From assembly GCA_965277285.1 (NCBI GenBank), contig OZ255721.1, positions 3,584,001 through 3,648,000 of the forward strand: 64,000 nucleotides of DNA, read 5' to 3'. The notes under the pieces are model-generated. The model searched no databases and was not told the origin of the DNA. It saw only the letters and a list, made by a program, of their open reading frames with translations. Shown one piece after another: positions 10,007-20,279 of this stretch. Source of the stretch: Abditibacteriaceae bacterium. GTDB lineage: Bacteria > Armatimonadota > Abditibacteriia > Abditibacteriales > Abditibacteriaceae. Made by a program: the position numbers and the translations under genes. Positions within the stretch are counted from its first letter, which is position 1. Every line of letters starts with the position of its first letter.

Positions 10007-10167
10007 AATGTTTTCTATTATAACTGCCTGTATGTATCGCACGCGACCACGCCGCGTGCAGCGAGATAACAAGTGCAATCGAGTACTCGAAACGCCGCCA
10101 GACACGAAAAAGCAGCGACCTCGTGGGAGATCGCTACTTTTTCGACGATGATTGAACTACGAATGTG

Positions 10168-10980
10168 TTACGGAGTTGGCGTTGTGGTGGCTGCGGCGGC
10201 GGTGGTGCTGTCGGTTTCGCCGTGGCTGCCGAACGCATAGCCAAGCTGCACAAAGAGGCGGCTCTTGCTGTCAAAGATGACAGGACGGCGCTGGATGCCA
10301 ATCGTGGCCGAAAAGCCGTTGTCTACGCCATGATAGCGCAAACCTGCCGAATAGGGCGCTTGAGCGCTACCTTTGACAACTTTAGACTGCAATTCGCCGA
10401 CGAAAGAAAAGTCGCCCTTCGAGGTGAACGGAACTTCAACGCCGCCGTACACCGACGTCTTGTTGCTTGTGGCATCAAAGATCTTAAAGCGGTCGTAGCG
10501 CACGCCCAAGTGTCCAATGATGGGAGCGCGATCGCCCGAGCTGTTGAACGCCTTGGAGGCGACGCCGTAAACATACGTGTTGTTGATGGAGGCGCGGCTG
10601 TAGCCGACGCCCGCCGCAAACTGCACGTTTGACGGATCGCTGTTGTGGGTGAACAAATACTTGGCGCCAAGGGCGATTCCGCTGCGGTTCACATCGCTGG
10701 CATCCGTATCCAACTTCTCGATACCGCCGTTGATTTCAAAACCGTCCGCGACCTGGGCAGCCGCATACAATCCGTATTGCTTCGCCTTGAAACCGCTTTG
10801 ACCCAGGTCAAAATAGTTGGCTTGCACTTGCACCGCGTCTTTGGCCGGAATTTGCGCGGTTGGGTTCAGCGGCAGACCAACGGCACCACTGATCGTGAGG
10901 TCGGCTTTAGCGACCGAAGCCGATGCGACAACTGCGGCCAAAACGACCGCGCCCTGCAACGTTCTTTGTAACGTCTTCAT
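10168..10980 (-). CDS. Secreted, probably outer-membrane beta-barrel protein
   Basis: GAGGAG RBS, signal peptide ending SVAKA, alternating aromatic beta-strands, LFVQLGYAF near the C-terminus. Confidence 0.65.
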   Translation of the reverse strand: MKTLQRTLQGAVVLAAVVASASVAKADLTISGAVGLPLNPTAQIPAKDAVQVQANYFDLGQSGFKAKQYGLYAAAQVADGFEINGGIEKLDTDASDVNRSGIALGAKYLFTHNSDPSNVQFAAGVGYSRASINNTYVYGVASKAFNSSGDRAPIIGHLGVRYDRFKIFDATSNKTSVYGGVEVPFTSKGDFSFVGELQSKVVKGSAQAPYSAGLRYHGVDNGFSATIGIQRRPVIFDSKSRLFVQLGYAFGSHGETDSTTAAAATTTPTP

Positions 10981-11270
10981 GATGCTCCTCCTCAGGAGAC
11001 AAAATTTGACCATGACATTGCCGCGTCGCGTGTCGAAAATCGTTGCAAAGAGAAAAGAACGAGTACTCGAAATAACCTGTCGAACTCCAGTGGCCATGTT
11101 TCCTGGTTCAACGTATGGCTTTTCCAGAACGCGCGGTTTCTCGCCGCCGCAACTTCTTACACGAGCAAAACAACATCGGGATCGTGCCCCATTATGCATG
11201 TTTTTGAAGGTTTTGTCAAATCCCCATAGAAAATAACCGCTGGACAGCTTTATTGAGTACTCGAAGACGC

Positions 11271-11306
11271 GAAAAAGCGGCCAGATTTCCCCTCTGGCCG
11301 CTTTTC
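11271..11306 (-). terminator. Rho-independent terminator
   Basis: AAAAGCGGCCAGA...TCTGGCCGCTTTT downstream of the S55 gene. Confidence 0.6.
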
Positions 11307-11324
11307 TCGTTCAATCAGAATAAT

Positions 11325-14300
11325 TTACGCGGATGGCGCAGCTATTTTCGCCGTGACACTGTTACCTGCTGCGTCGCGGGCGCGAATCTCGATTTGCATA
11401 CCAGCACCGAACTTGGTGCGCGCCGCACTCAAATCGCTCTCGTCGATGTTGGCGATAACGGTTTCGCGGCGAGAATCGAACAATCCATCGCTGGAAGACA
11501 TAGCGCGCCAATCGTCGCTGGGCGAAGTCGCCGTTGCTATCGCGGTGTCACCTTTGGCGGGAACCAGCGTGATCGGCGCCGTCGATTTCGCCGTTGAAGT
11601 TTTCGCGGCACTTGCCGTGCTCGATGATGGTGTTGGCTGCGGCGTTGCGCTCGATGTTGCGCTTGAAGTAGCTGTTGTTTTTGGTTTATCTGCGCCGACG
11701 AAATGCCATTCCGCGCCAGAGATCGGCGAAGTCGCATCTGTCACAATCGCCGTGATTTGTCGCATCGAAGCCGCGTTCATCCCAACGCCGACAGCCGTCA
11801 ATTGCGGCGGCGTGTTGTCGATGGTGAACGGCGCGCTGATTTCCTCATCGGTTTGCGGGTCGTCGGGATTAGACAAAATATCGCTGACATCGACTTTGAC
11901 ACGATACGTTCCGTCGGCGAATTTGGTCGTGTCCAGATCGTAACCCGCTATGGTTGGCGTTTTCAAGTCAATCACTTTCCACGTTGCGCCATCGTCGCTG
12001 GAAATGGAGATCGTGTAGCGCAAGCGGTCGTTGTCGGCGTCCTGACCGATCCACGTCAAATGCTTGGTGGCGCGCCAGTATTCGCCGCCCAAAGGCGCTG
12101 TCCAGGCCGCTTGCGGCGGCGTGTTCTTGGCGCGATAGGAAACTTCGATGCGCGACAATTGCGGCTGTTTCACCACGTTTCCAGTACTCGATGCGCTCAA
12201 CGTCGCGCGATATTGCAGATAGCGCGCAGTCGGCGAGGCAACGCGCAATTCTCCCAGATCGTTGCTGGTCGCGCTCTGCCAACCGCTCCAACTGGCGTCC
12301 GGGTCGAGCGTGTTGCCGCTGCGCGTTTGCACGCCGACGCCGCTGCCGATGACGCGAATCGCGCCCCATCGCACGATGTTTTTAGCGTCGAAAACGTTCG
12401 ATGTATAAATGCCGCTGTTGATGGAGGACAGCGCCGCGCTATAAAGCGCCGCATTGTTGCCGGTGCCGATCAGCAAGTCGCCGCCGGGCGCAATCGCCAT
12501 CGACAACGCTTGCGTTTGCACCGGTTCCAGAAGTCGCGCGCCGGTCGTGTCATTGGGATTCGCATTCGTGCGGAATTGATACACGATGCCTTTTTCGCCG
12601 GTGCCCGCCAGAAGCGAACCATCGGGCGCGACTTGCAGCGAGTAGATGCTGGTTTGCGGCGTTGGATAAACTGCCGAGACGCCGCTTTCTGTCCAGCGAT
12701 AAAGCGTGCCGCTGGAGGCCGTTCCAAAGTAAACGCCGTCCGGCATCGCGGCGACTGCGAGGATTTCGGTTCCGCTCGCTGTTGTAGATGGAACTGAAGC
12801 GGCACTGGTCGCGGCTGCGGCAACCGACGCGTTGCTCGCGCCGCTTGCATCCGTCGCGGCTGCGGTCGCCAATTGCGCCAAATCGGGCGAAAGCTGGCCG
12901 CTCGCCGTCACTTCGTAAAGCGCCGTCGTTTTGCCGCTCGTGCCATCGACACGATAAAGCACGCCATCGTCGCTGGTGCCGATAAAGATGTCGTTGCCAC
13001 GTGTCGCAATCGCGCGGATGTGCTTTTGCGGCACGGTTGCCAAAACTGTTCGCGATAAAGAGACAAGTTTCGTTATTGGTTCATGGCCAGCAAATGTAAG
13101 CGTAGACAAAAGGATATCAAGGCGATACAACTTGCCTTTCTCGCCGCCAGTGGCGACAAGCAAGTGACCCTGGTTATCGAACTTCAAAGCCCAGACAAAC
13201 GTGTCGCCAGAATTAAAGACCATAACTGGCGCGCCGCCAACCGCTGCGAAACGCAATACTTTTCCGCCTGGCGAAACGCCCGCGTAAAGATTGCCCGCGC
13301 TATCGGTCGCCATTGCTGTGACCGCGACTTCTTTGCCGTTGTAGATGATTTGCTTGGTGCCATCGGGCGCGATTTTGTAGATGCGCGCGTTGTTGCCGGT
13401 TCCCAGATAGGTGTTGCCATGCGCGTCGCCGGCCACGCTCCACGCGAACGGTTCGGCTGTCGTCGCCAGTTGGCGCACGCGCGCCGACAATTGAACAGTG
13501 CCTTCGCTCGTTACTTGAGCGCCGCTGAAATCGCCGCGCGTAAATTCCATTGCCGAGTTTTGAACCCAGCTCGAAGACGGGCGACCCAAGTTCGTTCCGT
13601 TGTCAGTTACCGGCGTTGGCGAAGGCGTCGCGCCTGGTGTTGCGGTGGGCGTCGGAATCGGCGTAGGAGTTGTTGTGGGCGTCGTCGGAACAGCGGGCGT
13701 TGGGCGCGTCAATTCTCCGGCGGACGGCGTGATCGGGTTTTTCGGCTTGGGCGCGTTCGGGTCGGCGGGCGCTTGAACACGTCGCGTATCGGGAATCGAG
13801 TACTCGATTGGCGAAAAACCGCCGCTGAAACTTTTGCGCCCCAAGCCGCGTGTCAGCGCGTTTTCAAAGGCGCGAAAACCGTGCGAAGTCGAAGCATCCG
13901 ATTGCGGAACGTCGTTTTGTGCGCCGAAGATTTGCGGCGAAAAGGCGCGGATGCCGCTGCTTGTCGCGTCGGTTGCGCTATCGGATGCATCGCCGGTGCT
14001 GGCGGAAGTGGCGCTCGAAGTCGAGGTGGAAATGCTGCCCGCAGCGGACGCATCGCCCGAACTTGTCACGGTTGCACCACTCGCATCGGGCGCGACTTCA
14101 TCGCTGTGACGCGCGCTTTCGACTGGAATCGCCAGAAACTGATTGCCGCTGAGGGAATAATCAATAGCGGCGGTTTGTGTTTGTGTATCGTTGTAGGCGG
14201 CAACCGAAGACGACGACGATTGGCGCAGCAGGCGCGACCACGACGCGGGCGGGTTCGGCACGCGCGTGCGATCCACCAAAAGAAAAGTGCCTGGCGTCGA

Positions 14301-16202
14301 GGCTTGCACCATCAATTGGTTTGCTGGCCCGATTTTGGCGTAAGCGTCGATCAGTTCGCGCAGACTTTGCGGGTCGGGCGGCGCATTGCCGACGCGCGTC
14401 GCCAAAGCCCAATAATCGCCGGACGTGCCCGCCGCGATGCGCAAAATGCCGGTCGGCGCATCGGCAGGAACCGCGAAGGCGAAAGTTTTGGTGAAGGTTT
14501 GGCCGGGCGTTGTCGTCGGCTCGATTTCGACCGTGACGTGAACGGTTTGTCCGGCTTTGATTTTGTTGCGATCGGCGAAAATGCTCTTGATGCGCGCCGT
14601 TTTGCGGACTGGCGTCACGTTTACATCGACGTTCACGGCTTCAATGGCGCCGCGCGCGAACGTGTTGGTTTGCGTCACTTGAAGCGCTTCGTTCAAGTCG
14701 TTGAGCGAAACCGAAACGATGTCGGTCGGCGCATAAAGAAAATTGCGGCGCACGACATCGGGCTGGCCTTTGAGCTTCATGCGCAGCGACAAAGTCACCA
14801 TTTTGTCGGAATCTTTGCCCAGCGTCGTATCGATCATTTCCGAGGCGCTGCTTTGAATCAGCGTCGGCGTGAAGGCCGGGTCTTTCATCACTTGAACGTG
14901 ATAGGTTTTGAAAATCTGGCGCGAAGGGTTGCGAATCGTGACCGTCATCGGAACCGTATCGGCTTTGGCGCCGACCGTGCCGCCAATCGCAAAATTGGTG
15001 TCCTGCTGAATCGCGCCCATCGTTTGCACCGGCGACGCCAGTTTGAAACTGCTTTGATAAGACGGAAAAATATCGTGAATATATGCGCTCGTCATCGGCA
15101 GCGACGTATTGCCCAAACCCAGCATCGGATGGCCAAAGGCGAGTACGCGATTGCCGATGCGATACGTGATGGTGCCAACGCCCGTCATGTCCATGTCGCC
15201 GGAAACCATCTGCGCACCGATCGCGCCGCCCGGAATAAACGCTGGAGTGACGCCGGTTTTCTTGGACGACATATTGAAAACCTGCGACGACAAACCGCCG
15301 CCCATCGCGGTTCCGCCGCCCGCAATCGGTTCCAATCCGTATGGCTCGAGGGTTTTTTGCAGGCGCGCGAGGGAACTGGCCGAAACACCCGAAACCTGCA
15401 ACAGCATCGTGGCGGGGCGCATCGTCATCGTCGAATGGCGCACATCGCCCGACAACGCCAGGCGCGTGCGGTCGCGCGACACGACGACTTGCGCGATGTT
15501 GCGTCCGGCGATTTTCAACGGTTGCAAAGGTCGCAAAACCTGCGTGTTTTCCAGGCTGATCGGGTTGGCAGTCGCGTTTCGAGTACTCGATTGCGCATTC
15601 GAGGTGCCTTTGGTTCCCGTCGAGGTTTTGGCGTTGCCGGTTGCGGGTTTGGTGGCGCCCGAGGCGGAAACTGTTTTGGCCTGAGTCGGGTCGGGCAGCG
15701 TGGTCGCAATCATGTCGGTGATGGGCGTGATGCCGCCGATGGCTTCTTTGGGAAAGCCGAAACCGATGGAAATGGCGCCCAGCAATTTGCCGTTGATGTA
15801 AACCGGCGAACCGCTCATTCCTGCAACGATGCTGCTCTGGCGCTTAATAACGGTGCCGCCGGTGACGCGAAACAAGACGAAATCGCCGCCGCCGTTGACG
15901 CTTTCCAGCACGCCGATAATTTCAATCGGGAACTTTTCAATGGTGACGCCTTGAAAAACGCTCAAGCCGTAGCCGACCATGCCGCGTTTCACGTCGCGCG
16001 CGCGCATGATTTTGCCCTCGCGCAACAATTGCTGCACGAGCGCTTGCGCTTGTGGCGATTTGGTCGCGGGAACTTGGACGGCAGGCCGGGTTTGCGAAAA
16101 TGCGGGTAACAGAAAAGGAGAAAACAGCGAGGCGGTCAGAATTGGCGCAGTCAAAAACGGCGCAGTGATTCGCGGATGGCGAACCGAAAAAGAACGACGC
16201 AT
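11325..16202 (-). CDS. Large secreted SpoIVB/peptidase S55 protein with beta-propeller and Ig-like C-terminal domains
   Basis: IVAGMSGSPVYINGKLLGA, GTITY..VLAFGHP; repeated GN.Y.GTG propeller blades; Ser/Thr/Pro linkers; DNTPP and RARDAAGN Ig motifs. Confidence 0.85.
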   Translation of the reverse strand: MRRSFSVRHPRITAPFLTAPILTASLFSPFLLPAFSQTRPAVQVPATKSPQAQALVQQLLREGKIMRARDVKRGMVGYGLSVFQGVTIEKFPIEIIGVLESVNGGGDFVLFRVTGGTVIKRQSSIVAGMSGSPVYINGKLLGAISIGFGFPKEAIGGITPITDMIATTLPDPTQAKTVSASGATKPATGNAKTSTGTKGTSNAQSSTRNATANPISLENTQVLRPLQPLKIAGRNIAQVVVSRDRTRLALSGDVRHSTMTMRPATMLLQVSGVSASSLARLQKTLEPYGLEPIAGGGTAMGGGLSSQVFNMSSKKTGVTPAFIPGGAIGAQMVSGDMDMTGVGTITYRIGNRVLAFGHPMLGLGNTSLPMTSAYIHDIFPSYQSSFKLASPVQTMGAIQQDTNFAIGGTVGAKADTVPMTVTIRNPSRQIFKTYHVQVMKDPAFTPTLIQSSASEMIDTTLGKDSDKMVTLSLRMKLKGQPDVVRRNFLYAPTDIVSVSLNDLNEALQVTQTNTFARGAIEAVNVDVNVTPVRKTARIKSIFADRNKIKAGQTVHVTVEIEPTTTPGQTFTKTFAFAVPADAPTGILRIAAGTSGDYWALATRVGNAPPDPQSLRELIDAYAKIGPANQLMVQASTPGTFLLVDRTRVPNPPASWSRLLRQSSSSSVAAYNDTQTQTAAIDYSLSGNQFLAIPVESARHSDEVAPDASGATVTSSGDASAAGSISTSTSSATSASTGDASDSATDATSSGIRAFSPQIFGAQNDVPQSDASTSHGFRAFENALTRGLGRKSFSGGFSPIEYSIPDTRRVQAPADPNAPKPKNPITPSAGELTRPTPAVPTTPTTTPTPIPTPTATPGATPSPTPVTDNGTNLGRPSSSWVQNSAMEFTRGDFSGAQVTSEGTVQLSARVRQLATTAEPFAWSVAGDAHGNTYLGTGNNARIYKIAPDGTKQIIYNGKEVAVTAMATDSAGNLYAGVSPGGKVLRFAAVGGAPVMVFNSGDTFVWALKFDNQGHLLVATGGEKGKLYRLDILLSTLTFAGHEPITKLVSLSRTVLATVPQKHIRAIATRGNDIFIGTSDDGVLYRVDGTSGKTTALYEVTASGQLSPDLAQLATAAATDASGASNASVAAAATSAASVPSTTASGTEILAVAAMPDGVYFGTASSGTLYRWTESGVSAVYPTPQTSIYSLQVAPDGSLLAGTGEKGIVYQFRTNANPNDTTGARLLEPVQTQALSMAIAPGGDLLIGTGNNAALYSAALSSINSGIYTSNVFDAKNIVRWGAIRVIGSGVGVQTRSGNTLDPDASWSGWQSATSNDLGELRVASPTARYLQYRATLSASSTGNVVKQPQLSRIEVSYRAKNTPPQAAWTAPLGGEYWRATKHLTWIGQDADNDRLRYTISISSDDGATWKVIDLKTPTIAGYDLDTTKFADGTYRVKVDVSDILSNPDDPQTDEEISAPFTIDNTPPQLTAVGVGMNAASMRQITAIVTDATSPISGAEWHFVGADKPKTTATSSATSSATPQPTPSSSTASAAKTSTAKSTAPITLVPAKGDTAIATATSPSDDWRAMSSSDGLFDSRRETVIANIDESDLSAARTKFGAGMQIEIRARDAAGNSVTAKIAAPSA

Positions 16203-16477
16203 GAACAAAACTCCCGATAACGAGGTGAGAAACGGATAAATCAAGCGAAGGTGGAGAAGAAAATGGTATAACGCTTGGAGAAATTATATCAAAGCCCGCG
16301 CGACGCCAAAGAACCGACGACGCAACGTGTCCAAAACGATTTCCGCCCAAAGGATTACGCTTGAAGCGTCACAACGTGCCATCAAAAGCGCGCGCCTGCA
16401 AAACCGCGAACAGCGCATCCAATCGAGTACTCGATGAACCCCTCATAGTCTGCGAGTGAACTTGCGAGGCAGGATTT

Positions 16478-17416
16478 CTATGGCCAAACCTGCCACAACG
16501 CCGAACTTTTGCCTTCGCTGGTCAAAAACCACGAGCGACCATCGAGCGCGTAACCGATGCCTTCGCCTTGCGGCTGCGTCGGCAAACTCCAAACGCGCGG
16601 CGCGCTTTTCCACACGTTGCGCCAAGTGTTTTCACCTTTGGGCAACGTCCATTCATAAGCGGCGGAATAAGTACGGATGACAAAGCGCTTTTCGTCGGGG
16701 CTTAAATCGCCACCCGTCGCCAAACGCGTAAAATATCCGACGCCGCCAAATTGGAAATGCGCGACAGGAACCAAGGTTTGCGTCGCATTCGCCGCGAACT
16801 CTTGCGGCGTTTGAAAAATCGTCGAAACGCCCAGCGTTTTGGTGACAATGATTAAGGAACCATTCGCGTTGGCGATCAAAGTTTCCGCGTCATGCGCGCC
16901 GTCGGGATAACGGAGCGTCATCTTCTGCGGCGTCAAAGTGATTTGCGGCGCATTTACGTCAGTTCGAGTACTCGAAATCAGGTTTTTCGGCAGCGAACTT
17001 TCCGCGAAACGATAAACCGCGATTGAATTGCGCTTGCTGTTGTTGTCGCCGATGTCGCCGACATAAACCTGCGCGCCGTCGCCTTTCCCCGCCACGTCGA
17101 TGTCTTCGTAATCAATCGCGGTGGCGCCATCGAAATTGACGACTAAAACAGTTTGACCTTGCGGGTTCAACAGGAAAATGCGCGGCGTATCGCCCGAATC
17201 GTTGTGCGTCCACAAGAAACCTGGAAACCTACGACTGGCCGCCACGCCCGAACTTTCCGTCAATCGCGTGTCGCTCAAAGTCCCAACAATTTTTGATTGT
17301 GCAAGCGCGTGTTCGCGCACGATTGTTTGCGCTTGCAGCGGCGACGAAAAAAACGCCGCGAGCGCGCTTCCGATGAGAACGTATCTCGCGGCCAAGCATT
17401 GATTGAATACGCGCAT
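16478..17416 (-). CDS. Exported beta-propeller (phytase/esterase-like) protein
   Basis: Signal peptide; ESSG, WTHNDSG, DYEDI, VGDIGDN, HDAETL, QGEGI motifs. Confidence 0.7.
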   Translation of the reverse strand: MRVFNQCLAARYVLIGSALAAFFSSPLQAQTIVREHALAQSKIVGTLSDTRLTESSGVAASRRFPGFLWTHNDSGDTPRIFLLNPQGQTVLVVNFDGATAIDYEDIDVAGKGDGAQVYVGDIGDNNSKRNSIAVYRFAESSLPKNLISSTRTDVNAPQITLTPQKMTLRYPDGAHDAETLIANANGSLIIVTKTLGVSTIFQTPQEFAANATQTLVPVAHFQFGGVGYFTRLATGGDLSPDEKRFVIRTYSAAYEWTLPKGENTWRNVWKSAPRVWSLPTQPQGEGIGYALDGRSWFLTSEGKSSALWQVWP

Positions 17417-17435
17417 AAAGTGGTCGAATCAACTC

Positions 17436-17521
17436 AAAGAACCCGAAGCGCAAGCGACGGGCTTACCTCACAGTTACATGAAACTTTCACTTAAGCCCGT
17501 CGCTTACGCTTCGGGTTCTTT
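17436..17521. repeat. REP-like inverted repeat, GAACCC-GCGCAAGCGA family
   Basis: AAAGAACCCGAAGCGCAAGCGACGGGCTTA ... TAAGCCCGTCGCTTACGCTTCGGGTTCTTT. Confidence 0.85.
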
Positions 17522-17532
17522 GATCGGCGAAT

Positions 17533-18150
17533 TTATTTTGGCGCGGCGTCGAAGTTTTTCTGCGGAACGGCGGTGCTGCCAAGCTTGATCGCCGGGCCAT
17601 ATTTTTCTTCGAGCCAGGCGGGAACTTCGTCCGGCGCGTAGCTTTCGATGTTGAGTTTCAAGAGCGCTTCGACAATCGGCACGCCGAAATCGGCTTTGCC
17701 GCCGCTGCGGTCGCACAACAATCCGACGCCGACAACCTCGCCGCCATATTCCCGCACCACATCAACCACTTTCTGCGCTGAGCCGCCTGTCGTCACAATG
17801 TCTTCGACGACCAAAACACGTTCGCCTTTTTTCAATTGAAAGCCGCGACGAAAGGTGAAACCCACGCCGTCATCGCTGCGCTCAGCGTAAACCGCGCGGC
17901 AACCCAGATGGCGCGCGATGTCGAACGCCAGAATAATGCCGCCCGTCACCGGCCCGACGACACATTCGATGTCGCGCTCGTTGAAACGTCGCGCGATTTC
18001 GCCGCACAAGCGCGACGCCAAACGCGGCTGTTCCAAAACGCGAAACTTCTCGATGTAACGCGCCGAATGGCGTCCGCTCGAAAGGAGAAAATGACCTTCC
18101 AGAAGGGCGCCGCTTTCCACCAAAATCTGCTCGACTTCATGTGCATTCAT
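17533..18150 (-). CDS. pyrE: Orotate phosphoribosyltransferase
   Basis: GHFLLSSGRHS and the PRPP motif VLVVEDIVTTGGS. Confidence 0.95.
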   Translation of the reverse strand: MNAHEVEQILVESGALLEGHFLLSSGRHSARYIEKFRVLEQPRLASRLCGEIARRFNERDIECVVGPVTGGIILAFDIARHLGCRAVYAERSDDGVGFTFRRGFQLKKGERVLVVEDIVTTGGSAQKVVDVVREYGGEVVGVGLLCDRSGGKADFGVPIVEALLKLNIESYAPDEVPAWLEEKYGPAIKLGSTAVPQKNFDAAPK

Positions 18151-18314
18151 ATGCCGCAGTTTGGAGCGAGATCATTCTCTTGTCAATTGCACGTCGCAAT
18201 CGAGTACTCGAAACGCTATCGCGCAAAACAACGAAACACAAAAACGACAACGCTCGCCACCGAAGTAGCGAGCGTTGTGCAAAGCCGAAGCTTTTTGTTG
18301 TTCGTGGTTCGTGA

Positions 18315-18482
18315 TTACGAAGTGGCTGTGCCGAGCGAGTTGTTCGCAACGTTGAAGACCGTCTGCACGCGCTTGCCCAGGAAGCTCAGAACCGCGATGA
18401 CTACCAAAGCGATCAACGAAACCAACAGACCATACTCAACCAACGTCTGTCCCTCTTCTTCTACCAAAAAACGCTTGATCAT
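18315..18482 (-). CDS. flp: Flp/Fap type IVc pilin, 55 aa (absent from the ORF track)
   Basis: MIKRFLVEEEGQTLVEYGLLVSLIALVVIAVLSFLGKRVQTVFNVANNSLGTATS; G/xxxxEY prepilin motif; GGAGG RBS; hairpin at about 18247-18278 downstream. Confidence 0.92.
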   Translation of the reverse strand: MIKRFLVEEEGQTLVEYGLLVSLIALVVIAVLSFLGKRVQTVFNVANNSLGTATS

Positions 18483-18552
18483 GTTATTCCCTCCGCAGGA
18501 AACTCTTCAAATCTTTGGAGCAACTTCTTCGTTGCGTCCTGCAAACTTATGT

Positions 18553-18569
18553 TGCACCGATATTGCCAA
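18553..18569 (-). promoter_or_regulatory. Candidate sigma-54 (-24/-12) promoter for flp
   Basis: Minus strand TTGGCAATATCGGTGCA (GG-N10-GC), about 70 nt upstream of the start. Confidence 0.45.
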
Positions 18570-18936
18570 TCGCGCAATTTCGAGAGACTTTTTTGTTTTT
18601 CTGCTGAGCGGGTGCGTAGGGAAGGTTTAATGAGCGGTGGTGTGGTTTGGCGTAAGAACGATCTCACGCCCTGGAAGGAACGGGCTGAGTTGCAAAGTCC
18701 CATGAACGGACTGAACGTTGGCATTTTGTGCTGCAAGAGAGGCCGCACCACTGGTTTAATAACCTGCAGAAGCGGCTCCAGAGGAAGCGGCCTCATACCT
18801 CATAGAAAGAATGGAGATTCCTGCTGCGTTGGATTGAAGGATGAAACTTTTCTTTCAACGAACTCGTGGAACATCGCGCAATACACGTACAGACGTGTGA
18901 AAGCGGCTGTTTGAGTTGTTTGGAAAGAGAATAAAC

Positions 18937-19009
18937 AGCGGAAGACGGGATTCGAACCCGCGACCCTCAGCTTGGGAAGCTGATGCTCTACCAACTGAGC
19001 TACTTCCGC
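18937..19009 (-). tRNA. trnG: tRNA-Gly(CCC), CCA not encoded
   Basis: GCGGAAGTAGCTCAGTTGGTAGAGCA-TCAGC TTCCCAA GCTGA-GGGTCGCGGGTTCGAATCCCGTCTTCCGCT. Confidence 0.96.
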
Positions 19010-19134
19010 ATACTATGCGCCATTATAGCGCGAATGGATGCACGATTCAACGACGCCGAGACATTTTACAACGCGTAACTAACCCAAGTTGCCACCTATC
19101 ATAAATGGACAGATCATAGAGATGGACACAGCTT

Positions 19135-19770
19135 TTAACTTTCACGCCTCAATTTTCGCTGGATGAAATCGACCGCTAAATCCGTGATTTCTGAAAGGGG
19201 AAGAGCACTTGAATCGACGCACATGTGGTAGTTCGCGGCAGCACTCCAATTGTGTCCAGTCATTTGAGCAATGAGTTTGCCGCGCGCCGCGTCCGATTGC
19301 TCGATCTGAGCGCGGGCCTGCGCTTCGTTGCGAGCACCATAGAATTCCATCACGCGCGGAATGCGAAAACTGAGCGGCGCATGGAGCAGGATGTTGACCA
19401 TTTTGGAATGCGGGGGCAAAACGTGGGCAGCCGCGCGCCCAACGATCACGCAATCTTCTTTCTGCACGATAGCCTTCATGACTTCGGTTTCGTCATCGAA
19501 GATGTCCCTGTCGGAGGCGGTTTGAAATGGCGGCGCAATGTAAGCGGCTTCCGGAGCGCCAATGATAAACCCGGTCAACATTCGCTCCCAGAACGACGAA
19601 ACTCGCTCTTCGCGGTTAGTCACTTCCTGCTCGTGGAGTTCCAATCGCTGTGCGGTGCGGCTGATGATTTCGCGGTCAATGCAGCGGATTCCCAGGGCAT
19701 CCGCGATGCTTTGTCCGACCTCAGAGCCTCCACTTCCCAATTGGCGGGCAATCGTAACGGTAAGCTTCAT
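19135..19770 (-). CDS. Cytidylate kinase-like family protein
   Basis: TIARQLGSGGSEVG, CVIVGRAA, YHMCVDSS. Confidence 0.85.
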   Translation of the reverse strand: MKLTVTIARQLGSGGSEVGQSIADALGIRCIDREIISRTAQRLELHEQEVTNREERVSSFWERMLTGFIIGAPEAAYIAPPFQTASDRDIFDDETEVMKAIVQKEDCVIVGRAAAHVLPPHSKMVNILLHAPLSFRIPRVMEFYGARNEAQARAQIEQSDAARGKLIAQMTGHNWSAAANYHMCVDSSALPLSEITDLAVDFIQRKLRRES

Positions 19771-20279
19771 TCTTGTCCTTTTTGGAATCCGTATAATTTC
19801 GGACGTTGTTATCCTCAACAAGCGAAAGCCTGACTGTGTTCCGTTGCATGCTTCATCGTCAAAGAGGACGATGAGTTTTTGACCAAAAATTCAATCGTGA
19901 AGAGGTGGATTGGAAACGATTTTCTTTAGCTTTATTAAGAACCTATCTGAAGAGGCAATCACAAAGGTTGCGCCTGCGATAAATGAACCCTTGTGATTGC
20001 TCCTATCCTACGCAATTTTAGCTGTCTTCTCCTTTTGGATAAGCTCTTAGTTCACTTGCAAATACTGAAAAATTGCGCAATTCCCAATGTTGATAAGGCT
20101 TTCTGCACAATTAGAATGTGTTCCTTTCAACCTCCATTGTGACAGACGCCTTGTTCAAAACGTCGTTTCGCAACCCTTATCGAGTACTCGATCTCCCAGT
20201 AAGCGGACTGTTTTTGCTCTTGCTTCTTCGCGTCTCGATACTTCAAATCTTGATGCTGAGATTGAAGTCGTCGTGACGT

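Noticed and set aside
13083..16109. 1008-aa plus-strand ORF and similar long antisense ORFs (e.g. 30233-31765, 33357-34754, 40546-41976, 59297-60700)
   Set aside because: They are shadows of real genes on the opposite strand in GC-rich DNA; Arg-rich with no recognisable motifs.
18483..18936. c-di-GMP or other riboswitch, or the 105-aa ORF, upstream of flp
   Set aside because: Only a GACGCAA fragment is present, without the GEMM GGCAAA..GAAA architecture. The ORF has no recognisable features.
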